A DNA stretch of 64,000 bases from positions 18,848,001-18,912,000 of the forward strand of contig JAQFVV010000006.1 in assembly GCA_028023455.1 (NCBI GenBank). Reading direction: 5' to 3'. The translations under genes were made by a program, and so were the position numbers. Positions 13,374 through 26,667 of the stretch are shown piece by piece. Within the stretch, counting starts at the first letter, position 1; each line of letters starts with the position of its first letter. The DNA is from Epiperipatus broadwayi. Taxonomy: Eukaryota > Animalia > Onychophora. The notes below the pieces were generated by a model that was not told the DNA's origin, did no database searches, and saw nothing but the letters and a program-made list of their open reading frames with translations.

Positions 13374-14189
13374 TTAATTTAATAAGAATGATGTATCGTA
13401 AATTCTAGAAATTTCACAAGCATCATTCATTCACATAGTAAAAAAAGTAATTTAAAAGTGATCAATTAACAACTTCACGCTCTCATTTCCAAACACTTAA
13501 GATTTTCCCATACATATACGTTTGGGTCGAAAAGATAGATGGATTCATTCTATCTTTTCCCAAAGGCTTTATCTTGTGTTTGAAAAAGTGGGAATATTCC
13601 TTTATATAGTGACATCTACAAAGAGCATGTACATTACCTTATTAGCTTATTGGTATTACAACACATAGATAAGACAACTACTGTCTGGCATTTTGTTAAC
13701 TTAATAACAATAAAATGGTAAAACTTTTCTGAAGTCATGCACACAACACCCTAGATTTGCCCATGTCCACATAATAAATTATTTAAACCTTTAATTGTCT
13801 TACCAATCGATCAGTGAACTACTTCTATATGCTGATGATGATAATAATGCATATATGCATCTCTTATTAGGTATTTCTAAAAAATTAACATTAAATTACT
13901 AACATATTTGTTGGTTTTCTTGTAAACTGCTGGCAAAGAACAACAGTACAATACATACACTATGAATAGAAAAGTGTCCCTGAAGCGACTATACACTTCA
14001 AATTCTAACTTATCAATTGCCATAACAATTTTAACACATCCATTAACTTCACTTCACATGGTAGAACATAAGCTTCATATCTTTATGAGAGAAAGGCTTC
14101 TCAGAGCCACAACTGGGAAATAAGCAATAGCATATTCTAACTCACTTTCTCAGGTAAATATATGTGTGGACAAGGTCCTAACACATGGG

Positions 14190-14330
14190 AAATGGAATAT
14201 AAATCAAAGAAAAATCCTATCTAAGGATCCAGCTATACTATCTGAGCACAAAAGAATAAAATATCAAAATATAATCCTCTCAAGAAAAAAAAACAACCAA
14301 ACATTGGGGAGAGCAACTCTCAAATCCTCC
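14190..14330 (+). mobile_element. Possible PLE linker-region remnant
   Basis: KWNI...ILSKDPAIL...IILSRKKNNQTLGRATL loosely resembles the PLE pattern W.IL..DP.L...P...RR..NL...LVR. Confidence 0.25.
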
Positions 14331-16484
14331 AATGTACAATATAATTATTACACTATGTTAATAACACCACATACATCCAACAATTATAAAACAGGACTAG
14401 CATATATCCTTGCATAACCATGGCAAGATAAAAAAAATTATCACTGAAAAACTAGCAAATTAAATTTTCTTTCTTTAAAATACATACACTGAATAATGTA
14501 GAAAACCAACAAATGAAATACAAGTCAAAGTGATCTTAAAAATACTTTAAATAGAATAATACATTTTGCAAATAATAAGAAATATACATATCTAAATAAT
14601 AGTAGCATAAAATTTTAAAACTAAAGTGGACATAAATAGCAAAGCAAAAATACTAAATATAATAACGATAAATATCTTATCATAATAAAATTATTATATA
14701 ATAATAGTTGAAATTTTTATGAGCTTCTGATAAACTAGATATTGGCTGTTTTCCCATAAATAGATAAATTGTGTATTAATAAAATACTATTAGCGAATGT
14801 AAAGAAATAGGTATCTTTACCTGTACATGTATATCATATATAATTTACTTTAAGCCAAATTAATAAATATATATATTTTACCTTAACCGACATAAGAATA
14901 AAATGCATAAATTTTACTACATAATTAAAAAAAAAAAGCACTTTGCATAATATTAAAATAAAATAAAAAAATAATAAAATTATTGGGTTTTTTTTAAACA
15001 CCCATAGTTCTTTATATGGGAAACATCCTGGCAAATCATTTTTAGAAGCACTGCATCCAGACTTTGTTACAATTTAAAATAACACAAGCACTCATGATTT
15101 TCCGGGGACAAATGATACACAAAATAGCAACTCTTAAAGAATTACTGCACTAGATTCGAATCAATTTTTATCCACTTATAAACTTATTTTATAGAGTTCA
15201 CTCTAACTTATTTTATTTTATCCTAGCAGCAGATATATTATTACGGATATTTTCCATGGATATATTTTGCAAATTAACAGTTCATTTATTCTAAAAAGAG
15301 CATTTCATATTATTATTTAAGTTAATATTTTATTTATCCGAAAATAACTAATGATAATAATTAATAAATTACTTTTCATTTTAAAATAAACAGTTTGAAT
15401 AATTTTCAGGTTCCATAATATATTTAAAATTAGAAGTTTTTTCCCCTTCTATTTGTTATTATTGTTCATTTTCTAATAATATTTTTTAAAGACTATATCA
15501 ATGCATCAACTCATTCTATATTAAAAATATTCTCTTGGAAACATTAATATAATTAATTTCTCAGAGATTAAATGGAATAAAGTTCATTTAATTTTTGTGA
15601 AATACATGAGTCAGCATTTAATACCATTATAGAGAGACTTTTAAAAATATATATTATTACTCTAATTATCAAAAGTTAATCATTTCTGAGTTAGATAAAG
15701 TTAATTTCTGTTGAAGGATTTCTTTCTATAATTTTAACTTAAGTCTTAAAAGTCTATCAATGCTGAATTGTAATATTATTTCACTAAAAGTAAGGAATAG
15801 ACAACAGAAATGGTGCAGTGCAGTGTTCGTTATATAGTTTTGAAAAGATAATGGAAACATACTACCTTTACTTTCTTTAGGTATTGGTTCATGCACAGTT
15901 AGTTATAATTACTTTTCTCAGGTATTGTGCTAATTTCTTTAAAAGTTTCTCGATTAAACTAAAGCATGAGAAAACTTAATACCTTTTTGTTTTTTAGCTG
16001 CACATAATTACTTAACAAATAATAAGAATTTATAAAAAAAAATTATTATTAATTTAACTAACTTTTAATGCCTTCTTGTTGAATATTCATTAGATAAAAT
16101 GAAGAGAAAAATAACAGAAACAGAAGAGCTAAGATGAACTCCCATACACACTAAAATCCCCTATTTATACCTTCCCTATTTTGATGGGCTTTTTAATTAG
16201 CCACACTTTTATTTCTGACTTCATGCATTAATTATTTACACTACAACCAGGAACTAAATAAAAAATTATTTAACAATCTATTTCCAGTTATCACATGATA
16301 ATTTAAAAATTTCCATTTATTTTTAATTGATCTTTACTTTTCAATTTATTTGATAATAATAAATGAATAATACAATTATGATTTTAAATTATTACCTTTA
16401 TAAATTATCACTTATTTATTAGAAGCTCTTCCTCTCCTTTATTTTAAACACCTTTTTAATACTGAATTGACCATAAATATTCTT

Positions 16485-17954
16485 GGTACTTTGGTATTAG
16501 GCCTACAACACAGATGTAATTAGACTTTCTATGCCTTTTCATATTTGTATCAATCCACTGATAACTTTGTAATCTTGTGGTATAACCAAAATAACATTTA
16601 TATGCATCTTGTACAAGATTTACAAAGTTATCAGCAGATTGATACAAATATGAAAAGGTGCAGCAAGTCTAATATATGCTCTGTTTTGCAGGACTAATAA
16701 AAATAGCTAAAAGTCTAACAAATAATATTAAAAACAGCATTTTCAAACAAATTTTGAGAAACAAATGGATATTAAAAAGATGATTTTAAAACAATTTTTA
16801 AGGAATAAATGGATATTAAAAATTAAATAATTTAATATATCAAGCACAGAGTTCTTCTTTTCAAAATAGTTCATAAATATCCAAAATAGGATGTTAATAG
16901 ATAAACAGAAAAGTAAATAATAGATAGATTTTTTTTTAATAAAAGGAAATTGTTTCTCTTTGAGTTGTGTTTGTCAGTAATAGGAAGGGGAGTAAGATAA
17001 GGTAAATTTTTGGTTATGAATATATTTCGTAATTTTTTATTTATTTATTTTTATGGAATATGTGTTATTTGTTATATATATTATTTTATTTTAGTGTGCC
17101 TTGAAAAAGACTATATAAAATAGTTGAAATGTTGGATTTTTTTTTCATGGTTATAGTCATATAAAAAACAAGTTTTAAAAAGAAGGAGTTAGTTTGTTTT
17201 ATTTATATTAAAAATTACCATTTTTAAAGTATAAAAAATTATATTTAAAACAGCACTTTAAAACAAATTTATATGACTTTCACACTAACAACTTTAAAAT
17301 GTATAATGATATATAAATCGATATTAAAAATAACATTTTAAATAATAAAAAAAACTTATTTGCGATCTTAAGTAAATGACGCCATTGTGCAAAAAAAAAT
17401 GTTACTTTAATATGCACAAAACAATAACTAAATTATACTTTTTAAAAATATTATTTACAAAAACACATAAAATACACACATGTGCTACTTACCATGTAGT
17501 ATGTAACAGGAATTGGCATATTGAAGCCACAAATTTGATATTTACTTCTAACACACATAAAATGGAGATTTGAACTGAAAAATTTTCCTCCAAAATGGAA
17601 TTTTATTGAACATGTGATTGCATAGAGTATGCCAGGATTCCCCACAGAAATGCTATTAAATATATTTTTTTAAAGAAAGAAAAAAAATACACAAAAAGAA
17701 AAATATATAAATTATTATAAGACTTTTATTAAATATTCATCCTGTTGTCAGAAAGAAATCTGGATAATAACCAAAAATGTCAAAATATTACAAAAAAAGA
17801 CCTGTTGATAAAGATAAATGTTTTCACATGAGATCAAATAACATTGCAGGGATTAATTCCTTTCAATTTGATGTCAGTGCAAGATTACACATTTATTGCA
17901 GATGTGAAAAGGCCTCCTATCTCTCCTATGTTGCAGATCTAATATCAAAGTACC
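16485..17954. mobile_element. Non-autonomous Merlin-like DNA transposon (GGTAC-TIR family, copy 2)
   Basis: TIRs ggtactttggtattag... / ...ctaatatcaaagtacc with a perfect 8-bp TSD ATATTCTT. Left terminal hairpin at ~16497-16697. Colinear with 3102-4286. Confidence 0.9.
17096..17135 (+). ncRNA. Decayed PLE-type hammerhead motif nested in Merlin copy 2
   Basis: gtgcc-TTGAAAA-a gactat ataaa atagtt-GAAA-TGTT-gga: U3:A8 core and 6-bp stem II. TGAAATGTTGG is what CGAAACGTCGG becomes after CpG decay. Confidence 0.55.
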
Positions 17955-18345
17955 ATATTCTTAAATAAACTCAAATTAAATTCACTTATAATAAATAACA
18001 TTTAATAAACCAACATGCATGCATGCCAACTCATACCAGAACTTACTTTTTATCCTTTGAAATTTAATCTGTTTAATAATTAACTTGAGCATTTGTAACA
18101 AAGTTTAATATATTTTATAAATAAACTATCTTTATTTAACTATTTTCAGCTCTAATAAGACAATAACTCAAACAAATTATTAATCAATTCTAATAATTAC
18201 TTTTATATTGTTAGTAAATTTACTAACTAGTTTATAGTTTTCTAAACATAAAAATTAGCTTTAATCAGTCTTAGACATATCTAAACTTTACTTAGTTTTC
18301 ATTTTTTTAAGCTAAGCATGAGATAAGCTTCAATTCTTATCTTAT

Positions 18346-19187
18346 AAGACATTATAATTAATCAATCAACAATAATTCAGACAAGACTAATTTTTTTTTT
18401 TCTTATTGATTATAAAAAGAGAGACTAATTAATAATCTTAATTCATATTACTTTTTTTATATACATGTATATGTGTGAATTTTATATACTTTCAATATTG
18501 AATTAATTATGAAAAATATAATATTATAGTGATAAATTAAAATTATATAAATGCCAATGTGCACGTACATTTCATATGCTCAAACATATATGTTAATTGC
18601 ATGTTATAAAAATTGTCATTTATTAGTTTGAAAAATTTAAATATGTTATGTTAATAAATTGATATATCACACATCTATGCGATTATATATATATGTATTT
18701 TATGTAAACCCGGTATAAGGCATTATATAGATGACTTAAAATCTGATAATTTTAAATTTTAATGATTTATTGTATTTTATATGATGACTGAAATATAAAT
18801 CAAATGTACTGCACATCTATGTGCAAATACCAAAATGCATATCAGATAGAAACATATGTAAATTTTAATCATTTATTTTATGACAATTCAGATATGTTCA
18901 GGAATTATTAAGCTACATGTTTATCTGCTGACTGGGTTTTAAGTAAACCTATTGGAACATAGATATAAACCACAGTATAATAATTTGAATTTATATATTA
19001 ATTATGTAAATCACAATGTGATAATTTTTTAATTGCATATTCATCAAAATCAGAAGGCTTAATTTATGTGTATAGCCTATTCTAAAGACATTAATATCAT
19101 TTTTGTTAATAATAAACTTGTATTTCATTGTTATAATTATTCCAATGAAATTAATGCTTAAAATAGTTTAGAATACTATCTGTCACA
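18346..19187 (+). repeat. Left arm of long inverted repeat (partner 21306-21991)
   Basis: aagacattataattaatcaatcaacaataa...aatactatctgtcaca is the reverse complement of 21306-21991, with ~150 bp extra in this arm. Confidence 0.85.
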
Positions 19188-19745
19188 TCATGGGAACTCA
19201 TTACATCTCTCCAAACACCAATTCTGCTATCCAACTATTCTCATCAGCTAATTACTGCCAACTGCCTCTCAAAAAATTACTACTACAAAAAAACTGGCCA
19301 ACTAATATTTTTATCAGCTCTTTTATATAGTCAGATGGGGTAACAAAAACACTAATTAAAAACTTTTTTATCTCTCTAATCCTTTTGAAAGCAATTTTGA
19401 ATTTTATCAAAGTATAATCTGCAAAGATTTCTTACTAGATAGTGAAATGTATACAAACATTAATTAAAAGATTTCACAAATAAGCCATGTTTGTTTTTAA
19501 TTTCAAAATCAGAATTCAATAAAAATATTTATTTAGAACTTTTTAAATTTTTATTTATAACATAATTGCATTTTTAATTCAAAGTTATTTAATCTTTTAC
19601 TATGATTTTATGTTATTTTAGGAAATGTAGAAAATATCTACAAAATTTTTGTCTGGGTTTATTTTTACTTTTTCTTTCAGCTTTATATATATGTGCGCGT
19701 GTGTGTGCACACACTGTTATTGTGTACCATGTAAGACAAGTGTTA
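19188..19745 (+). repeat. ~500-550-bp dispersed direct repeat, copy 1
   Basis: atgggaactc...ctaattactgccaactg...ctctaatccttttgaaag...ccatgtaa is shared with 22492-22973. Confidence 0.85.
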
Positions 19746-20899
19746 CACAACTCCCCTTCTGGAAAAAGACATAAAAATGAAACACCTACCTAACAATATT
19801 TTACATAATATACATGTATAATTCAATACAAAATTTATACTTCAAACTATCTACTGATCGATTTTTTTAGAGACCTGCAACTAACAGAATGAATAGTGAT
19901 CTGCATTTTTGAGATAGATAAAGAATTCAGCCATTGGACTTAAATACACAATGTACCATGAATACCAAGAGGGCTACTTCAATTTAGACACTAGCTACTA
20001 TAACCCTTGGTAAAGATAATGCAAAAATCTTTGCAAAGCCCTGCTATCTTGGAGTCTTAGGGGCTGGAAAATACAAAAGTATGCCACCTTTCTTTGAGTC
20101 TTATGGTCTGGGAAATATGGAACTAGCCTTGCTCCGTATCCTGGAGACTCAGAGGCTGGAATGATGGCATGACTACATTAACTGCTTTGTGATAAACGAT
20201 AGCAAATCAGAAAATTGGTGAACAAATAGCAAAGACAGAACATACCTCAGAGTTGCATGAAAACATTGCATCCTCAAGCCAATGATAAAACCCTCCATCC
20301 ATTATCAAAACTGAAAAAAACCACTAAACAGACATCAACCATCAAACACCCAATCCAATTTCTAAAATCATAGATTTTCTATTGAACTCTAAACATGGTT
20401 TTTGAATATACATTAAAACTACTATTTTATAATTTATAATCATCAATACTCTTTTCGCATATTTCACAGTAATTTTTAAAATTAATTCTGCATAAAATGC
20501 ATACTTTTTTTTTCTCAGTTGTTGGTGAGATAAAATTGAGTGATAATTTTGTAGTGATGATCACCAGTATGTGATTATCATTAGCCTTAAGTTGGGCAGT
20601 CATTTATAATTATGGCCTCCTGTACATGATCAATAGTGGCTCTCAGTTCGGTAGCCATTTATAATGGGATGGGTAATCAGAGTTTAAACCAGCAATCAGG
20701 AATTTTGTTTATTCTCTAGGAAAATAATATAAAATTTAATATCAAAGGGATGAGCATGATATATCACTGACAGGCCATCAGTTAACTTCCTAGAGTAACT
20801 ATAAGTATAATTAAATAAGAAATCACCAACATTATAAATAAATAATCATCCATCATCAAGAATGATTAACAATCAAAATACATCAACTATCAATTTTGT

Positions 20900-21125
20900 G
20901 ACTGGATTTGAAATAGATCTATTGTGGGCCAGGCTATCTATTTAGTTTTTGCCAGCTTGGGGCAATTATTTAAACCATTAACTTGGATGCACCAACTAAG
21001 TGCTCATCCATAAGAATACATCCATAAAAACAATAATGCTGCTATATTAAAACATACTGATCATTATCAATACTCTGGCCACTTAGTATCAGTAATGTAC
21101 TGCTCAACTATAAACCTAAATTTTA
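20900..21125. repeat. Dispersed repeat shared with 31826-31985
   Basis: ctggattt..aatagatc...caggcta...tttgcca...aataatgctg...ctctggcca...caactataaac occurs at both sites. Confidence 0.55.
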
Positions 21126-21305
21126 AAGACTAAATTAAATAAAATGTATTGCATGTTCTTTAAAGAATATATTTTTAGCACCAAACCAGGACCCTTGTTA
21201 ACTGGATTCCTCTGCAGTAATATTCTGCCTTTTTATATATCAGACTGTTATACATGAATATAGCTGAGAACATAAGCTCTATAACTTACCGTGATCAAGA
21301 GTTGG

Positions 21306-21991
21306 TGTGACATACAATATTCAAAACTACCTAGAATTCATTTCACTGAAAAATGCAAGTTTATTATGAATAAAAAAATGATATTATGGACTTTAGAATA
21401 TACTATACACATAGAAATTAACCTTTGTATTTTGATTACCATACCATTAAAATAATTATCATATTGTGATTTACCTGATTAATATAGAAAATTCCAGTTA
21501 TTTTACTGTTATTTACATATATATTCCAATAGGTTTACTTAAAACTCAGTCAGCACACAAACATGTGGTTTAATAATTTCTGAACATATTTGAATTGTCA
21601 GAAAATAATAACAATTGAATAAAATTTACATATAAGTGTCTATCTGACATGCATTGGTATTTGCACGTAGATGTGCAGTACAATTGATTTGTATTTCAAT
21701 CATCATATAAAATACAATAACTAATAAATGACATTAATTTTTATAACATGTAATTAATATATATGTTTGTGCATGTAGAAATGTATGTGCACACTGGTAT
21801 TTATAACATTTTAATTTGTCACAATAATATTATATTTTTCATAATTAATTCAATATTGAAAGTATGTAAAATTCACACATCTGTGTGTATAAAAAAAGTA
21901 ATATGAATTAAAATTATTAATTAGTCTCTTTTTATAGTCAATAAAATCAGTCTTGACAGGTTTATTGTTGATTGATTAATTATATTGTCTT
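21306..21991 (-). repeat. Right arm of long inverted repeat (partner 18346-19187)
   Basis: For example ttccaataggtttacttaaaactcagtcagca mirrors tgctgactgggttttaagtaaacctattggaa at ~18927-18958. Confidence 0.85.
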
Positions 21992-22491
21992 TAAATTTAA
22001 AACAGATTTTAAATGTTTCTTTTTTTTTCTTCAACAAATGATTTAAGATAATACCATTCTCTATATATATCATTATCACAGGTTGCTAGTAATTATAATG
22101 TTTTTAAATTTAAAATATGAGTTTCAAAATGTCATTTTTATTAAAGAAATTATTTAAAATTTCATTCTCATTATATATAAAGCTACTCACCATATATGTT
22201 TGTGCTTTTCTGCATACAGATAAATCGGCATATGTATAAATTAATTCTTTAGAAAGCAGAGAAATTTCGCTTGGTGAGATTGGTTTATAGTCACATTGGG
22301 AAAAGTATAATTCAGATACTTGAAGTGATCTCCCTTCTGTCTATAATTTGATACATTTAGGCCAGCAAGATGTTTTGGTCACATTTGTGAAAGCTAATTG
22401 ATCCATTTGAAGTTTACATGAATCAAAACTCCTCTGCAGTGAACTATAGAGCAACTGTTGCACTTGTCTTTTTTTCTTCCTTTATATTTTT

Positions 22492-22973
22492 ATGGGAACT
22501 CGTTATATCTTCCAAGCATCAATTTTGCTAGCCAACTATTCTGACCAGCTAATTACTGCCAACTGCTTCTCAAAAAATTACTACTACAAAAAAACACTAA
22601 CCAACTCAAATATTTTTATCAATCATTTTATATTGTCAGTTGGGATGACAAAAACACATTAATTAAAAACTGTTTACTTAACTCTCTAATCCTTTTGAAA
22701 GTAACTATGAATTTTGTCAAAGTATGATCTACAAAGATTTCTAACTAAATAATGAAATGTATACAAGCAGTAATCAAAAGATTTCAAAAATAAACCATGT
22801 TTGTTTTTAATTTCAAAATTATTTCATCTTTTACTATGATTTTATTTTATTCCAGGGAATGTAGACAATATCTAAAAAAATTGTCTGTATTTATTTTTAC
22901 TTTTCCTTTCAGCTTTATATATATATTTGTGCACACACACTATGTTAATATGTGCCATGTAACACAATTGTTA
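22492..22973 (+). repeat. ~500-550-bp dispersed direct repeat, copy 2
   Basis: Colinear with 19188-19745. Confidence 0.85.
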
Positions 22974-23264
22974 TGCTATATATATTCATAATGATTATAC
23001 TGTAGAAATAAATAACCAAGCAGAAAATAAAGTTGTCTGCACTTCTTTTATCACATATCACTCTGACATAGTAGAAATGATTACTTACTGTGAAATAAGT
23101 AATAGAGAAATGTTAAGACAATTTTGACTTCTATTTAGTAATTTTTTTCTGCAACACACTTAATTATAACATATATGTAGTTATTGGTATATAATATAGT
23201 AATTTAATCCATACTGTCAACTATTACACACATCTATATGATATTTGTTTGTTTTTTCCTGCAG

Positions 23265-23366
23265 ATTATACAATTGAAAAAAATTAAACATGAATTAGAA
23301 ATTAAGACAAAAGATCAAGAAGAGGAGTTGGATGATTTAGCAGGTCAAGTTCAATTGCTTCAACAA
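23265..23366 (+). CDS. Myo18: Myosin-XVIII tail, internal exon 2 of 6
   Basis: ttttcctgcAG / GTaagt; 102 nt: [34 protein letters not shown], matching MYO18A-type [24 protein letters not shown]. Confidence 0.92.
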
Positions 23367-23492
23367 GTAAGTTATATAAAAAATAATAATAAATTTTTGT
23401 TTTATGTTGTACTTATTTGTTTATTTTTGCCTGAAAATAAATTTAAAGAACATGGGCTGCTATGATGTATCTTTGTTTAATTTTATTTTTAG

Positions 23493-23603
23493 ACAAAGTT
23501 GAGGTTAGAGGTTGGAAATGAAAAATTACGTCAGCAACATCAAAAAGAATTAGAAATGAAAGAAGAAGAAGTAGAAGAGCTCAGAGTATCTACCCAGAAA
23601 AGG
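23493..23603 (+). CDS. Myo18: Myosin-XVIII tail, internal exon 3 of 6
   Basis: ttttattttttAG / GTaatg; 111 nt: TKLRLEVGNEKLRQQHQKELEMKEEEVEELRVSTQKR, matching [37 protein letters not shown]. Confidence 0.92.
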
Positions 23604-24849
23604 GTAATGTTAATGTGTATTATGATATATATATATGTAACATCTAGATTCTCTGAGATTATTAATAATAATATGAAAATACTGTAACAGAGATTAAATA
23701 TGTTAAATAAAATTAAATAGATCAAATATACTTTCAATGTGTGTGCTTATATATATATAGGATTTATATACATATTATAAAAGGAACACTAGGTGTGGGT
23801 GTGTGTGGTTGATAAAACCTATAAGTGTGCTACACTTTGGATTGTCAATTATATAATTAAATGTGTATTTATGTGCAGCTATGGACTAATTTATAACATA
23901 AGTTTGGCTGTCATTTATACATACTATGGGATTTATATGTTAATCAAGCCTCGAGTTGGAGAACCAATTATGTAATGGAATAATATATAATCATATACTC
24001 CACCAGCTTTATACAGGACACCGCGAATGATGGTCTCACATTATTTATCTGTACTCGCACTTTTTTTGTTACATTTACCTGTTAAACTTATTGGAGTAGT
24101 GAATAATCAAATGTATAGAGCAATTAAACAAATTGATAAGAATTAATTAAAGTTTAAATTGACAAAATAATCTTAATTTGGCAATGATAACACAAGAATT
24201 AAACATGAGACATAAAAAAAAGAAATGAGAGTTGTCAGAGCCTCATTATGACTGCATGTATTTTTTTCAAATATTAATCTTGGAAAGTTAAGTTTAATAT
24301 ATTCTTTCAGAGTAATTACAATGGAACTCACACATATATACATTATTAATTATGAATGTCTAATTGCTCAAAATGCAGGATTCCAATTCCATTATAAGAG
24401 CACTGTTGCCGTTCCTTATTTTTTGAAAGTTGAACATAGATTTGTATCAAGGCATACATATTCTCTAGTAAATACTATTTATAATAATAATCTAGTTATA
24501 GAATAAGCTATTCATGTTGAAGTTCTATAAAAAAATAAATTAGAATTTGTATAGGAACGAATTATTTGATGAATTTGTTCACAATTATACTTTCTTATAT
24601 CGTCAACTGTTTTTCACCCCATTTTACAAAATTCTAGATATTCAATCCTTCTTAATGCATTGTTTTTATATATTTTCATGCTCCTTCTTTTTTCATAAAT
24701 TTTCTAATTTCAATAGAAATTTTCCTGGTTTATTGCTTCTCTTTTGTACCAGCTATCTTTGTTGCAGTTTTTAAAAGTAGATCAGTTATCTTTCTATTGA
24801 TTTCGTTCAAATCTGAATCATGTTCAAAATTTTATTATTTGAAAATAAT

Positions 24850-26080
24850 ATGCAAAGTACGCTGAGATTTTCATAAAACTACTACCCCCCCCCCTTTTTT
24901 TTTTTTTTAAAAAAAATACAAAATAAAAAAACTCCTAAATAAAAGACATATTATTTAACATACTTTTATTACATTTTTATTTATGCAGGTGGAAACATTT
25001 CTTTAATGTCTTTCAGTATAGCTAAGAATACATCATCATTTTTATGCAATCTTTTCCACATAAATTTCGCTAGATAACTGTTCAGGTGTTGTCTTGCCAT
25101 CCCCCGTTGCTGCTTAATTGGCCATTTGGCAGAACCCCACAGTCTCTTGATATTTTGGGTGTGAACTCCTGTTTCTGGATCGACAAAATTATATGTGTGA
25201 TTGACTTGTTAATGGTAGTAACCGGCTTCAGTTAGTTCATTGGTTTTATACGCCTTTCAACAGTCGGAATAAATGATTGATCCCTGTTCAACATTACATA
25301 AAATGGTTTCCATGAGAATCCTAGCTTGAATTTTATTAAAACATTCATTTGTTTCTCAACATAAGCCGCCAAACATCCACTGTTCATGGAGAATTCAGCC
25401 CGCATGATTTTTCCTCTTGGAAAATAGACTCTCGTCAATCTCAACGATTTTTTTCACACTTCCAATTTTTCCATTTTGCTGGTGCAGCATAGCATTGGTA
25501 TAAACTTCTCTCATGTAGTTATTCCAGTCAATGATAGTTTTACCTGATATTCCAATCTCATGTTCTCCTTAATCTAAAGAAGTTAGTTTCCAAGACCAAC
25601 TATATATATATATCGGATCGTGGTTAACAGAGGAATTCTTGAACCTTCCAACCATGTTCCCCTTGTGAATGCCAAATTTTAGTGGTGTAACCTTGAACAT
25701 TACAACACCATTGCTTGTCCGAGGTGTGCATGTATAAGCTCATATTATGTCCATTTGGACATACTTTTATTGAAGGCAGGATACCTTGTTCATGAAAAAG
25801 CAGAAATGCATCCATTTCAGTAGTTGGAAATTTCCAAATATTGAACATTTTGAATTAAATAATGCAGTAAAAAACCCAATAGAAAATCACAATGGAAAAA
25901 AGTAGTTGTTGTCAGGAAAAAATCGGGACAATAACTGGAAAGATGTCCGATATGATGTCAACTGTGATGTCATTGTTGTAGGACTATTTCTTTCAATATG
26001 ACATCATCACGACATGACACATTAATTGGGGGTGTGAATAGGCCCTATCCCCTACATTTCAGGTTTAGTACCCAAGTATC
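24850..26080 (-). mobile_element. Decayed transposase-bearing Merlin element (one TIR retained at ~26045-26080)
   Basis: The end ...cctatcccctacatttcaggtttagtacccaagtatc resembles the right TIR of copies 1 and 2. The second TIR was not found. Confidence 0.8.
24981..25848 (-). pseudogene. Merlin/IS1016 (IS1595-like DDE) transposase pseudogene
   Basis: Across frames: GILPSIKVCPNGHNM...RKGTWLEGSRIP...IIDWNNYMREV...IVEIDESLFSKRKN...WMFGG...GSIIYSDC*KAY...VNHTYNFVDPETGVHTQNIKRLWGSAK...YLAKFMWKR. Several stops and frameshifts; the catalytic E reads as K. Confidence 0.93.
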
Positions 26081-26667
26081 AATTATAAATTTTTTTTCTA
26101 AGTACTGTATATTTTACTACAGTTGATCTTTTTTGCCAGATTTTTAACAACAGTTCTTTTTTATACAAGTGACCATTTTAGTTGCTTATAACAATTTACA
26201 TCTAAGATCCATTTTATTCATTATTATATATTTAAAATAGATATGTATATGCATAAGTGATCCTATGTCAAATACACATATGCATTAGATTCATATTGTT
26301 GTCATGAAATACTTACGTCATTAGTATTTTGACTAAAAGAAATTATGTCTTTCTCAATTTGGTTGAATGATATAATGTATGTAAAACTTCATTATTAAAA
26401 TAGAGAATGTGAAGGCAGCAATTCATTGCCTCATGTGAAAATAACCATGGCTAATGGATTGAAACTGCAAAAAACTTACAATCTTTTGCTGATCTACTTA
26501 AATATTTGAAAGTAACATATAGACCTCAAAACAAACTCAATCCAATTAAATCAGTTGTTAGTTTTTTATATGATAATGGATTAGAATATTTTTTTGAAAT
26601 GCACTCTAAAAATTCTGATATCGACATTTAATGATATATCTGTGCTCTTGATTTATAATAAAAAAAT

